The translations under genes and the position numbers were made by a program. This document shows, one piece after another, positions 1-13,320 of a stretch of 64,000 bases of DNA. The notes beneath the pieces were generated by a model, which worked only from the letters and a program-made list of their open reading frames with translations, was not told where the DNA came from and searched no databases. How positions within the stretch are numbered: position 1 is the stretch's first letter; every line of letters begins with the position of its first letter. The DNA comes from Octopus vulgaris (lineage: Eukaryota): the NCBI GenBank assembly GCA_951406725.2, contig OX597822.1, positions 16,058,001-16,122,000 of the forward strand, written 5' to 3'.

Positions 1-10
1 TTTGAACATA

Positions 11-13
<3 letters not shown>

Positions 14-81
<68 letters not shown>

Positions 82-93
82 AGGGAGGGAGAG
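14..93. repeat. (TA)n-(GA)n-(GGGA)n compound microsatellite
   Basis: Directly visible; one of dozens of TA/CA/GA tracts in the window. Confidence 0.95.
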
Positions 94-1184
94 AACACAT
101 AATATGATAGAGATACGAAGGGTTTAGCACAAACTTATCCAAAGAATGAAATGTACCTACTCACAAATACAAGAAATACAATGCAAATAACCGATGATAT
201 ACATGTGCGTGTGTGCATGTGTGTGTGCATGTGTGTGTATATGTGTATGTGTACATGTAGGAATGAAAATCGTGTTCCTCTACAGCTGCCTCGAAATATT
301 GCTTGCTGACTGTCAATTTTGGTCTATTCAGCTGACACAAAATGCTAAAATACCTCTCGGGCGTTGCTGACTGAAGCCACGGACATGTATTGTTTTAGTG
401 TCAATGAATACTCCACCTTAGTGTTATAAGAACCAAAGGAAAATGCATTTCTAAATTTTTCTATGAATTTCTATACAAAAAAATTATCAAGTGATAGAAT
501 GTTGTCACCTTAATGTGACAGTCCCGTGAAAAGGAAGAATGCTACTGTTATTTAGAGAGATTTAGAAGTGTATTATTTCTATTTTCAAGAAATTATCACT
601 CTCATAACATAAACTTACAACCAAGTTTCTTTATCGGTCAAACAGTAAACCGCTTTAAATATATAACAAGTATTATGAAGAACATTGAAACTTTAAATCT
701 GAAATACCCTTAAGTATACAAAAGCAACTATGAACCTGAAATCAAAGTTCGAAACTGGTAATGTCAATTAGACAATCTCTTACCTCAGTTGCTAGCGTTC
801 AAATTGCATTCGAAGTGTCGACACAGAGCAACAGGAAACTGCCGTTCCCACATTCTCAACAGTCCTGTTTCTTAAACATATAAGTACGCTGGACAACTTC
901 GATCGCATCCAAAGACAGACTAATCCGCATGAGCCAAGGACCGATTGGTCTCAGTGTCTTGTAGATTACTTCAACAATGTCACCCCAAAATAGTTAACGC
1001 TCACGAATTCCATCCGATTAGTTTTCAGCATCTTGAACAAAATTAATTTGATTTTAATAGCTCCACTTTCACAGTAATCCATTTGCATTGCAGGAATATT
1101 TAAAAGTAAAAGTTATGAAATAGTCTAACTTCCCATCTAATAATCAGAATTAATTAAACAAAACCAGAACTTCTCATTTAGTAT

Positions 1185-1378
1185 TGAACTTAAATTCTGG
1201 TACAAGGCCAGCAAGTTCTGGCGGATGGGATAGTCGATGGAATCGACTCCGGTACTTATTTCATCGACCTGGAAGGGATGAAAGGCAAAGTAGACTTCGG
1301 TGGAACTCAGAATGTAATGAAGGACGAAGTGCCGCTAAGCATTTGTCCCGACATGCTAACTATTCTCTCAGCTCGCCA
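1185..1378 (-). mobile_element. SINE family A, diverged copy (tail type 2)
   Basis: Reverse complement matches the recurrent GGCGGCGAGCTGGCAGAA...GAGTTCAAATTCC...GCCTTTCATCC...GTCGATAAA.TAAGTACC consensus. Confidence 0.8.
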
Positions 1379-1787
1379 CTTTTGTGCGTGAGTGTGTCTT
1401 TAAATACTGAAAGTAACTGCACACTGTTGAATCAAATGAAACCTCAAAATAACATAGACATATTTATCAACTTACCAAACTTTTTCTTATAAAAAACAAT
1501 TGGAAACAATCATATCGCACATCCTATTTCTCTAACTATAATTAAAGTTGTCTCACCTCCATCTTTTTCTCTTAAGATGAAAATGATTAGAAGAGAGAAA
1601 TTTTCAGCGTTTTCACACATTTTCCTTTATAATAAAACATTATATACCACTTCCCGAAACACATTTTTCTCCTAAAAATAGGATTAAGAGTATATATAGG
1701 AGTATATATCGTAGATTTTAAAGCCAATAACCAATTTCAATTGCAATACATTCTACAATATTAATGTACCGAATTTAAAAAAAAAAG

Positions 1788-1916
1788 AATCCACTCACAA
1801 GACTTTGGTCGGCCCGAGGTTAGAGAAGAAGACACTTGCCCAAGGTGCCACGCAGTGGGACTGAACCCAGAACCATGTGGTTGGTAAGCAAGCTACTTAC
1901 CATACAGCCTCTTCTG
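1788..1916 (-). mobile_element. SINE family B, 5' half
   Basis: Matches the 5' part of the full copy at 17737-18163. Confidence 0.85.
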
Positions 1917-2001
1917 TACAAATATGCATATATATATTATACACACACATATATACATATATGCATGTGTGCATATATGTACAAGCACACACGCACATAA
2001 C

Positions 2002-2042
<41 letters not shown>

Positions 2043-2399
2043 TGTATGTATGTATATATGTATGTATAACCTATTTTCGCTCCTATATGCATGAATGCTT
2101 AAGTATACATGGTAAAGTTAAATGCTGATTGAAACTGAAGCTTAGTAAGCAATCACAGAATTTAATCAGCCTTATATTTCAATTAATTTACTGAGAGAGA
2201 GAGAGACGGACAGCTTGCAATGCCAATATTGACTTTAATTTAACACTTTCTGTTTTGTCAACAGAGCTTTGATCGTTCACCTTAAGTCATTATTTTATTC
2301 ATTTATGAAATTATAAACACCGTTCCGTATGAGATTGCTTATACGCAGACATGTGAAAACAGAGAGACACGTACACATATTACGCATATCTCTATATAT

Positions 2400-3620
2400 A
2401 TATGATGGATTGTCTTGTTCAATTGCTGATCTATACCTCACTATTTGGAATATGGTAACTCGGTTTTATGTTGGAGAATGTACGCAAGCATGGAATAAGA
2501 AAAGGTTGAGGTAAAACAATTCAGCACCGTAGAGCAATGGTGTCAAAACACCGACTTATATACATCGACTTTCGCCTTCAACGATACGTTGTCGCTGATC
2601 GAATGCTTGTGGTGAAGCTAACCGAAAATGGACCTCGTCTTCCCAACTCTGAGCTGAATTTCTTTATCCATCTTGGCATCAATGGACACAATGGAACCAA
2701 GGTACATGAAGAAGGAAACCATTTTTAATGCTTTCCCATCAACATATACATTAAGGGCAACAGTGGAAAGATGGTCACGAATGGGGTCATAGACAAGCTC
2801 AGTTTCCTTGATACTGATGGTCAGACCAAAACCCTTCGATGCACGCGAGAAGCTGTTTAGAATCTATTGCATCTCCTCAAGAGTGTGTACTACAAGTGCA
2901 CAATCGTCTGCGTATCAAAGTGTCAATTTTTGCTTTGAAGCGCTGTTGAAGCCATTTCCAGTTCTGTATTCAAACTTTAATCCTGTAACATTTTCGAACG
3001 TTGTTTCCAACATCGTAGTGAAATACAAAGAAAATAAGAGCGGTGCAAGAACACAGCTTTGTTTTATACCATTTGAGATTGTGAATGAATTGGACACTTC
3101 CTCACTAGATCTAACAGAATTCAACATCCTTTGATGGAATGAAATGATGACACTGTGTACCTTTTCAGGAGTACCTAGCTTTCCAAGGACAACCCAAAGG
3201 ACATCCCTAGATACGGTGTGGAAAGCTTTAGTTAGACCTAAAAAAGTGACAAAAATGCCTCGGTTATGCTCACGTGATTCTTCTGCTGTTGCCTCAAGCT
3301 AAAATCCATATCCACTGTGCACCTACCAGCCCAAAAGGCACACTGAGATTCAGGAAACACTAACCTGTAAAGGGCATTATTTAGTCAATTTGAGATAACC
3401 ATTTCAATGACCATCCTGGCAACACAGAAAAGCGAGATACATCCATGCTGGTTACATTCACATTAGTTGCTTTTATGCTTATAAAGAAGCGTGTCTAAAC
3501 TCCTGCAGGACTGATCCACATTCCCAGATTAAGTTGAAGGGTTCACGTAATTTGTTCAGCAGGGAGCTACTACATTTATGCATCTCGGCTGGTATGCTAT
3601 CGTTTCCAGACATCTTTCAA
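2400..3620 (-). mobile_element. RTE-clade LINE, decayed reverse transcriptase fragment
   Basis: Minus-strand peptides PESQCAFWAGRCTVDM..SLRQ, FTISNGIKQSCVLAPLLFSLYF and YADDCALVVHTLEEMQ are RTE RT motifs; contains frameshifts and stops. Confidence 0.9.
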
Positions 3621-3636
3621 TTCGTATGCTATGTTA

Positions 3637-3772
3637 TGGTACTTATTTAATCGACCCCGAAAGGATGAAAGGCAAAGTCGACCTCGGCGGAATTTGAACT
3701 CAGAACGTAGCGGCAGGCGAATACCATTAAGCATTTCGCCCGGCGTTCTAACGTTTGTGCCAGCTCGCCGCC
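3637..3772 (-). mobile_element. SINE family A, head and core
   Basis: Near-identical to other family A copies. Confidence 0.9.
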
Positions 3773-4583
3773 TTACATTTTGATAGAATATTACAAGAAC
3801 TATTCTTGTACCAGGAGTAAGTATATCAAGGAATATAATTACAAAATAGGTACTTCCTCGCTCTCACCAAAAACATGTAAAGAAGATATAATAAAATATA
3901 TAACTGAACAACGAGTCGTCGATATTTTATAATGAGAATATTTCACATCTGAATTTTAAATTATTCCAACCTAACCATGTGGCCAGCAAATCATTTAGAA
4001 TGAACACATGTAGAAAACTTCATAATTTACCAGATATTGTTTACTCTTTCATATCGTTAGTGGTATATAGGTGTTCATTAGAACGTGCAAAATAATATTC
4101 TTTGCAACTTTTAATTAATTATCATATAATACATAATTTTCTTCATTTTTTTCTTTTCATTTTCTTTTTTGGAACTTTTAATAAGCTGGAGATTTTATGC
4201 AAACTACATTCGTGTTATTAATAAAAGATATTGCTATTAGGAAGTTGCAGAATTCAAAAACAAAATAAAAACAACAATTTACTTCAAAGTGATAAAATAA
4301 TATTGTTTCACTTCTATATTGAAGTTCATAATGCTGTAATGTTTGGTATTGTTGCTACCGCTGCCGCTGCTGCTTCTCAGAACTATTGGTAACACACCAA
4401 GTGGAATAATTATAAAGCTGGAAAGAAAATTTTAACACAGCAGTCAGCAAATGTATAAGGTGGTGTTTATTAACAAAATTCAATTTAATAGAATTACTAA
4501 ATATGCTGTTTAGGTTTTAATGTCAGACGATATGAGATTCGCAGTATCTGTGTGATTTTAATTAATACATTGCGATGATTGAT

Positions 4584-4805
4584 CTGGCAGAAACGTTAGC
4601 ACGCCGGGCGAAATGCATAGCCGTATTTCGTCTGCCGTTACGTTCTGAGTTCAAATTTCGTCGAGGTCGACTTTGCCTTTCATCCTTTCGAGGTCGATAA
4701 ATTAAGTACCAGTTACGCACTGGAGCCGATGTAATCGGCTTAATCCGTTTGTCTGTCCTTGTTTGTTCCCTCTGTTTCTAGCTTCTTGTGGGTAGTAAAG
4801 AAATA
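4584..4805 (+). mobile_element. SINE family A (tail type 1)
   Basis: B-box GAGTTCAAATT, core GCCTTTCATCCTTTCGAGGTCGATAAATTAAGTACC (resembles Meta/MESC-type SINE core), tail ...GTGGGTAGTAAAGAAATA. Confidence 0.9.
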
Positions 4806-4933
4806 TATTATAATGTTTGTACGGACCAGCGTATGTTGAGAGTTATCTAAATGGAAATGGGTAGGATCTTACATGAAGAAACCATATACAGGCATACATA
4901 TGCAAACATATCACATATATAGGGTGGGGGGGA

Positions 4934-5225
4934 TTGCTCCCCAGTAACGTGGTTCCGGGTTCAGTCTCAGAGCGTGGCATCTTGTGCAAATGTCTTCCAC
5001 TCTTATCACGAGCCGACCAATGCCTTAAGCAGCTCCTCGTATATATGTATGTGAGTGTGTGTGAATGTGTGTTTTTATTTATGTGTGTGTCTTTGTGTTT
5101 GTGTTTGTTCCTCATCACCGCTTGCCAACGATCATACCGTCGCTGCAACTTAAGCAGTCCAGTAAAAGAGTCCGAATAAGTACCAAGCTTTAAAAGTAAG
5201 TCCCGGGATCAGTTCGTTCCGCTAA
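4934..5225 (+). mobile_element. SINE family B, diverged
   Basis: GGTTCCGGGTTCAGTC...GGCATCTTG.GCAA.TGTCTTC, internal TA/TG tract, 3' part as in other B copies. Confidence 0.8.
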
Positions 5226-5345
5226 AAAACCAAACTAGATATATATTATGCCAAACACAATTTTAAACGGAAATTTATCAAAAGATATTTTGTAAAATTT
5301 ATTTGCTCTTTAATTTCTTACAGTTTTTCTTTGCTCTCTTTCTCC

Positions 5346-5386
<41 letters not shown>

Positions 5387-6160
5387 CTATATATATTCCT
5401 CTCTTGCTTTATAGGAAGGAAAACCTGAGCAGGAATTAGCTATTCTCCCTTGTGAAGGAGTGTGAGAAATAAGCAAATTTTCCTTCAGTTTTCCTATATA
5501 TTTTATTTTCTCTCTTTTTTTGTTCATCATTTCTTCATATTCTTCAAGTTTATCATTTGTAAGTTGTTAGAAACTGCCTGCTTTTTGAGACTAGCCTGCA
5601 GGTATTTAGAAATCTGATCAAGTTCGCCATTCACCAGATAGAAACGTTTAGCTCCTGGCAAGCACTTAGATTGAAACTGTTACTTCGTGAGTAAATGCCT
5701 GAAATCCACATATTCACCAACACACAATCTTTTACACACACACAGCTCTTCTTAACATGTCCGCAATCTTATGCATGTGACAAAATCTTACTTTTCCTTC
5801 AGCTCTCGCTCTGTTGCTGGCGTTCAATGCAGAGGTTAAGATTTCTGTAATTCCGATTATGTGTTTGAATAAAACGTTTTCTTGTTTTTTATTTTTATAC
5901 ATGGAAATATAAAATTTGTAAGAAATAGCAGAAAAGTAATCTGAAACCTCTAGACAATTATGTCAGTGTTCAGAATCCTCAGGCAGTATTCTTATCATTT
6001 TTATATATGTAAAGGTAAAGATATTCAGTCACTTGTGTTCTTTCGCTTGACCGTCTGCCGGTTCACATGAACGTAAGTGATACCACAAAGACGGTGTTCG
6101 AACTCCAAACATAGAAAAGAGCAAATACGAAGACGGAACCCTTTCGAAACGAGAAACACA

Positions 6161-6200
<40 letters not shown>

Positions 6201-6212
6201 TATTTGTGGGGC

Positions 6213-6264
<52 letters not shown>

Positions 6265-6326
6265 GGTATGTATGTATATATATGTATGTGTGGGTATTTA
6301 TGTATATATGATATATGTTTATGTCA

Positions 6327-6880
6327 AGTCACTTTCGAGTGCTGCTGGTAACATGTAACCCAGTACAACCTGTTGCATGGTCGGGTCGTCGGCGACTAAA
6401 CCGGCAACCCCACCAAAGCTTGCTTGGTGTGGAGGGTATTTATTGGACACCCTGCGGGAGGAAAAACAAAACCCATCAAAGGGCGGAGGAACTCTTGAGA
6501 GTCAACGACCATCCAATAAATGTCTTAAGGCTGTGTCATGCGCGAGGACATAGAAATAACCGGACTGAATACCCGATCGTGCAGTTAAACCATTGGGAGT
6601 GAAGGACTCCTAGCCTTTGTTAGGGTATTCTTCTAGGAGAAGGTAACTCAGGTAACTGGGATAACTCCGACATAAAATCGGCGGCTCAGTGGTTACCGAT
6701 GATGCTGACTTGTTCTTCTTTTCGGATTATGGCTGCTGTTGCTTAGTGAGTGGGATTGACTCAGTGCACAGCCTTTCCTCACTTTAAAAAAGATCTTCTT
6801 GCATAGACATTGCACGATGACAACATTAATTGAGCTTCGTGCAATGGCCATACTCGATAACGAGGGAGCAGCCACCATGA
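6327..6880 (+). mobile_element. Probable non-autonomous RTE-derived element (5'UTR-like sequence joined to a 3' end, no ORF)
   Basis: GC-richer 550-bp block between TA/TG tracts; CTAGGAGAAGGTAACTC resembles the RTE 5'UTR motif; the end CCATACTCGATAACGAGGGAGCAGCC resembles RTE 3' hairpin ends. Confidence 0.5.
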
Positions 6881-8472
6881 TATATGTATGTATATATGTG
6901 TGTACCTTTATCGTTGTGTCAGTCCACTAACACGAATAGAAACTGATGCTACTTTCTTTACACCTCCGCAAAGTACAGGGTGTTCCAAAATTAATGCAAC
7001 GGAAGTTTCGGGCTTTAATAAATGTGATAAAATATGAGAATTATACTTCATTTTGTTTTAGACTAAATCAATTCAGATTTATTTATTAGATAATGGCTAT
7101 ACACCGAAATACAATTATAACCTTCCACAAAGGATTTTTTATGTATGTGTGTGTGTGTGTGTGTATACACACATACAGTGCCGCGCATACATGTACACAA
7201 TGTTCATCAATGGTATCCGTTTGCTAGATTCAAACAAAAGCTATTGGTCGACTCGAGACTATAATCGAAGACACCTGACCACAGCATCGCTCAGTAGAGC
7301 GGAATCGGAAAATACCTGCTTTCAAATTGACAAGGACGGAAACTGTGATTTGTACCTGTGAGCGAGGTATCTCCTTACATCTGTGGACAGATCGTAGAGA
7401 TATGGTAACAACAAAAATCAGCATGAGTTGCATTCAATGTCTGGTTGAATTTATTAAACTTGCATCTAGTTGTTGTTTACAAGAAAATGTTATCATCTCT
7501 TGATTAACCGAATCGACCGTTTTGCAACATAACGTCTCTTTTTCTTTTTAGTTCTGGTTAAAAGTCACAGTCGAATGTTTAGTGCAGCGCTTTATGCTAA
7601 GATATAAATTATGTCATTGAACTTCAAATTTAAGCTGGAAAGACACAAATACTAGTTTGGTATTGATGAATTTCATCACGATAATATTTCTGTTCATTAT
7701 TGATAGCCTAATTTCATATATTTGACAAATACTTGATCCCACGGGAGGAAAATTTTTGAAGTTTCGAAGCAAAGAAGCACCTATAATTTTTAATCGCTTC
7801 ACAAAACATGAACCATTTCGCTCTAGGTAATGTTCAATGACTCTGAAACCGGCACAATCGCTATTATGATTATTTTGTTGCATAAATATAAAGGAGTGCC
7901 ATTGGAATTCGTTTGCTTAGCTACCCTATAAATAAAGAAAATATATTACAATATTAAATATCAATAATTATAGAATTGAAAATATGAGCATGAAACTGTA
8001 TGGCCAGAGAAGAAAATCCTTATGTTTAACGAAATGCATATTAACCGTTTATCAACAGGAGAAATAAGTTTACATGAGGAAGAATAGAACCAAATCTAAT
8101 ATAAGATTAATGAATCCATTTCTGAAAGATGAATGACGAAACTGAATGACTGATTGTAGAATATTCATAAAGCGTGTCTTCTAAACCATGCAACAATAAA
8201 TTATATCGGAGGTAAGAATGAACATTGCCGATACATTTTAAGAGTACCCGAGTGTGCAAGTAGACAAGTCAAGATTCCTGATTAGGCGGAAGTAATTCGG
8301 GAGTTATCTAACATGCAAATGCCCGAGGCTTACTTATAAAGTGAAGCGAGGATTTGAGCTGTCATTACAACGTTGGGTAGAATGTCTTACATCTTTTTCC
8401 CGAAACTTTGTGATCCTACTTAAAAGCGCGCCAGCATCAACTTTGCTTTTCATTGTTTCATTTCGATAAATA

Positions 8473-8707
8473 CCTATTTCTTTACTATCCACAAGGGGCT
8501 AAACACAGAGGGGACAAACAAGGACAGACAAACGGATCAATTCGATTACATCGACCCCAGTGCGTAACTGGTACTTAATTTATCGACCCCGAAAGAATGA
8601 AAGGCAAAATCGACCTCGGCGGAATTTGAACTCAGAACGTAACTGCAGACGAAATATGGCTATGCATTTCGCTCGGCGTGCTAACGATTCTGCCAGCTCG
8701 CCGCCTT
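8473..8707 (-). mobile_element. SINE family A, full length (tail type 1) with 13-bp TSD
   Basis: TSD ATTTCGATAAATA at 8460-8472 and 8708-8720; inserted antisense into an older A-like core. Confidence 0.92.
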
Positions 8708-9349
8708 ATTTCGATAAATATCTGTGAATCAAGGACAGTAGATTGCTGGTACTTTAAAAACATAGGAATTGATGATTTCGTATTTCCTCCAATAATTCCC
8801 ATACTGGTTTCAAATACCACCATGGACAATTTGAGTGTGAGCCTTAATACGTCTACTAGTTCATGAACTTCACGTTTGATGCTTTAGCATAGATCTCTGT
8901 TTCAAGTCTTCCAACGAACTCTCCAGTTTAATTATGACTTTTCCTTCCCCAATTAATCTCAAACAGCCCAGTAATGGGGCATAGGTAGTGTTTTCTATTC
9001 TGTGAAAAATTATTAAAATTTATCCTAAACAGGATTAACAGTCACAGAACGCGTAAATATGCACACGATGTGTTAAGGAACTGAAGAGGTATGAATATAT
9101 ACTCAACCAACGGATGGGATGTATAACAGGTATAAACTTTAGACGAGGAATTGCCTGCTCTTCCTGTTTTATGCTCAATAAAATTTCAGGCTGCAGTACT
9201 GAAACGTTATTTATTCCTTCATATGATGACCCTTTTTTTGGGCCGATCGCTTAGTCGTAACTAGTTGAGTAATGCCGAATGCTGTTCACCATCAATGACA
9301 TCACCAACTACAATTTATATTGCCTGTATGAAACTTCACTTCAAGACAT

Positions 9350-9396
<47 letters not shown>

Positions 9397-9404
9397 TTAT
9401 TTAC

Positions 9405-9444
<40 letters not shown>

Positions 9445-10640
9445 ATATATATATAAATATATAAACCAGTATATCAAACGTGGAAAATATGGTGTTTTTC
9501 TTGACATTCGAACGAACAGCATCCAATAGTATTCATCTGAGCTCCTTTTATTCCAGACTATAAATTATTTGAGTATTTCATTTATACATAGAAAGACACG
9601 CAGACTTTTGTATTTGGACTCAATTGTGCTTACACACATATGGTTATATTCCCAAACACATACGTACACACACATTCATACATATACACACTCAAACACA
9701 CACACATACATACAGACTTACATAGATAAATGCATACATGCATATGTATATGCGTGCATACCTGCACAATCAAAACTGAACTTCGCAAGAGGATTTTTTT
9801 AAACTAAATATTATGTTTGTAAGTTTTGATGCAGAATCATTCTTTGATCGTGTCAAAATGGTCTCATGAAATCGTGCTGTCATATCGTTTGATAATTTAA
9901 TTGTAACTAAGTTTACTTTGCTTCAAACGTGTATATATTTCGTAACATTTTTAAAAAAAACGTACTTACAAATACATAAATATCTATGAACATGTGTCAT
10001 GCGTATCTATCCATCTTTCTCTCTTCCTGGTTATTTATCACCATATATATATCGCCCCACCTTATTTGTAAATATGGGTTTCAATTAATAGCTATACTGA
10101 CATACGGATTCATTTTGACATATTTCTTTATATGTTTCTATAGTCCTTGAGCGATTTTAAATTTCAAAATTGTAATCTTTATATATTTAGTTTTCTCTGT
10201 TTCATGGAATCAATCTAAATAATTTTTAGTAGCTTTACACGAAAATTCTTTTGACGTCAATCAGAAATAGGAAAAAAAAATCTCTTTATATTTGTAATTA
10301 ATTTTTGCCAAATGTTATAAGCACTTGAACTTTATTTTATGAGGCCACATTTATACTGCTGTTTCTTCAAATAATCTTCGTTTCCTACACTTCTATGAAG
10401 TAAGTTAATTAATATGATTAATGATGAAACAGGAATCAGTATAAATCAGATATCTAAATTTACATCTAACGCAATGTATTATTATATGTAAGTACAGTGA
10501 AGTAGACATGTCACAAATGAACCATGTCCCGAAAAAAGCTAACAGGGATACAATAATCGCTCCATTTGATGTAGTAAAGCATTTATGAAATTGTACAATC
10601 CCAGTCACATGCAAGAGAAAACCATAATGAATGTATAAAT

Positions 10641-10745
<105 letters not shown>

Positions 10746-10865
10746 CTTGTGTGTGTGTGTGAGTGTGTGTGTATGTAGACGGTTGAAAAGGAACACACAA
10801 CTTGATATATATGGAAAAAAAGTCAAGGTAGAAAATGCTAAAATATTTTTTTATAAAAAACATTT

Positions 10866-10901
10866 CAGCACTGGTTTCAGTCATTGAAACTTTTTCAACT
10901 G
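10866..10901 (-). ncRNA. Degenerate type I hammerhead ribozyme motif, U3-A8 core variant
   Basis: Minus strand reads CAG-TTGAAAA-AGTT tcaat GACT-GAAA-CCAG-TG-CTG; stems I and II pair; N17=G, so this copy is probably inactive. Confidence 0.5.
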
Positions 10902-11071
10902 TGTGGGAAATAATTCAATTTTGGAAAAATTAAAAGAAAAGTTTTTTTAAAAGAATATTTGCATAGTGTTCTAATACAAGTGGCATTTTCATTGTTTCTG
11001 CTTGTGTATGTCTCTCTTGTTTACCCTTGTGGGTTCGAGGTCGTTGTGTGTGTGTGTGTGTGTGTGTGTAT

Positions 11072-11114
<43 letters not shown>

Positions 11115-11115
<1 letters not shown>

Positions 11116-11438
11116 CTGGAATTCCTTCGGCTACGACGCCGACGGTTCCAGATGATCAGAATAGCGGAAGAGCTTGTGAAATTAACGTGCAAGTGGCTGA
11201 GCACTCCACAGACACGTGTAACTTTAACTTATTTCACTGTGAATTTCAGCCGGATTTAGAGCGTGACAAGGCCTGGCCCATTTGAAATACGAGTACAAAT
11301 CATTTTGCCAGCTGAGGAGACTGGACCAACAAGAAATAAAGTATCTTGCTCAAGGACACAACGCGTCGCCGGGAATTGAACCTACGACCTTATGATTGTG
11401 AGCCGAATGCCCTAACCATCAAGCCACGTACCTTCACA
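11115..11438 (-). mobile_element. tRNA-derived SINE family C (CORE-like TTGTGTCCTTGAGCAAGA segment)
   Basis: A-box TGGCTTGATGG, B-box GGTTCAATTCC; 3' tail shared with family D. Confidence 0.85.
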
Positions 11439-11459
11439 TACACACACCCACAAACACAT

Positions 11460-11491
<32 letters not shown>

Positions 11492-11714
11492 GCTAACACA
11501 TACACGCACACACACATGAGTATTCATGTACCAATTTCATTTCTCCACCAATGAAAATTCCAGGCCCCAGCCACGAAATAAGGGGCCAATAATAGTAATG
11601 GGTTGCTGCTTCAATAACTGTCATCACCAAAGAGACTTAGAGTTGTACAGCAATCAGTAGAAAATATGTAGAATTTATTTTTCAAATGTATTAATCTTTA
11701 GGCACAAATGCGTA

Positions 11715-12051
11715 CACGACGAGGGTTCCAATTGATCCAATCAACATAATAGCCTGATCGTTAAATTAATGACAGTGGCTTTAACATGTACCCTTAACGT
11801 AGTTCTCGGGGAGATTCAGCGTGACACTGAGTACGACAAGAGTGGTCCCTTGAAACGGGAATAAAGAGTGAGAGAAAATTGAAGTGAAAAAGTACAGCAA
11901 GGTTCGCCACTTGCCACCACTGCTTGCCGGCGCTTGTGGAGCTTTAAGTGTTTTTGTTCAGTAAACATTCACAACACCCGGTCAGGGAATCGAAACCGTG
12001 ATCCTATAACTGCGAGTCTGCTGCCCAAATCACTGGGCCATGGAGCCTCCA
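11715..12051 (-). mobile_element. tRNA-derived SINE family D
   Basis: Reverse complement homologous to 18187-18566. Confidence 0.85.
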
Positions 12052-12065
12052 CTATAAATATATCA

Positions 12066-12100
<35 letters not shown>

Positions 12101-12734
12101 TGCATATGCTTATATACACTCCACTTCAATAATTGCACGTGAGAATGGAGGGGGTAATTTATTGTAACATTCGACGTACAAATTATCAATTATATGCAAA
12201 TAGCACCAACTTAATTCTAAACTGCCAATTTTACATACTGTTGCTATGCGACGAATTGTTAATCCCCATTCGATTTAAATTATATGCGTGATATAGACTG
12301 GCTTATAAAGTGGGCATGCACGCTATCTATTTAAAGCAATTATGATTCATTCATCCTTTAATGTATTTCTCGTATGTAAGGAAAATTCTATAATTTCTGA
12401 TTTTCTGTTTGCAACTACAATGTATCAGAAGTATTTTACTTTCTTTTTCACTCATTCAGTTTAAAATTTCACAAATATATTTCCGACATAATGTTTTTTA
12501 AGTCAATCTCGCCAAGAGCAGAGCTTCAGCAAACTCAGGCATGTCAGACAAACACAGTCGCATCAAATGCCTTATAAACACATCTTTTTGGTTTATTGAA
12601 ACTATTTCCGACTCTAGAGAATGAATGATAATAATCAAGCGACAATTAAGAGACTGGCTTCTTCCGAAACAGGAAACTAGGATTCTCCAAATTTTACATG
12701 CCATAAAGGAAAAGAACAGGTCCATATATGCATG

Positions 12735-12932
12735 TGAATATATATATTTGTTTTTGCTATTTGGTTTGCCAGATTCTTTGTGTGGATTCGTGCGTTGAAG
12801 CATATCTTATTGTCTCGGGAGAGTCATTCTGTTTTCACGCTTATTAATTAATACACTCACCGGTTCGATTTCAACTCATTTACGTATGTATTTATTCTAA
12901 AATTTCGTTGCTTCTTTCAATCTCTTTAATTG
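12735..12932 (-). mobile_element. Diverged copy of the 44.6-45.0 kb inverted-repeat (Penelope-like) family
   Basis: Shares GGGAGAGTCATTCT, CACTCACCGGT and TTTCGTTGC blocks with 44640-44810. Confidence 0.7.
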
Positions 12933-12934
12933 TG

Positions 12935-13320
12935 CTAAGAAGCTTGTTTCCCAACATGGTTCCTAGTCCAGTTCCACTACGTGGAACCTTGGGCATGTGT
13001 CTGTTTGTCTCCTCATCACCGCTTGACAACCGATGTTAGTCTGTTTATGTTCCTGTAACCTAGTTGCAGTCAAAAGACGTGGTCTCCCATTATACTAGAA
13101 AAAGATAGCAACTTCCCTGAACTCGCATCCTGCTCTTTCAGTGAACGGAAGGCCATATCACGTTGAATACATCATTTTTCGTCCGACCAATGAAGTGAAG
13201 CAACGTTGAGCCTAGTAACTGCTTGGGAAACTTAGGTGCTGTAAGCATCTCAACTTTAAAAAGGGTGCTCTAGCGTGGCCGCAGTCAAATGACGAACACA
13301 ATTGAAAGAACAAAAGAATA
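12935..13320 (+). mobile_element. SINE family B fragments (interrupted)
   Basis: Head at 12935-13090; tail GGCCGCAGTCAAATGA at about 13260-13320. Confidence 0.65.

Noticed and set aside
10405-10640. Hydrophobic minus-strand ORF segment as a membrane-protein exon
   Set aside because: No recognisable family motif and no convincing splice acceptor; the ORF is extended by a (TA)n tract
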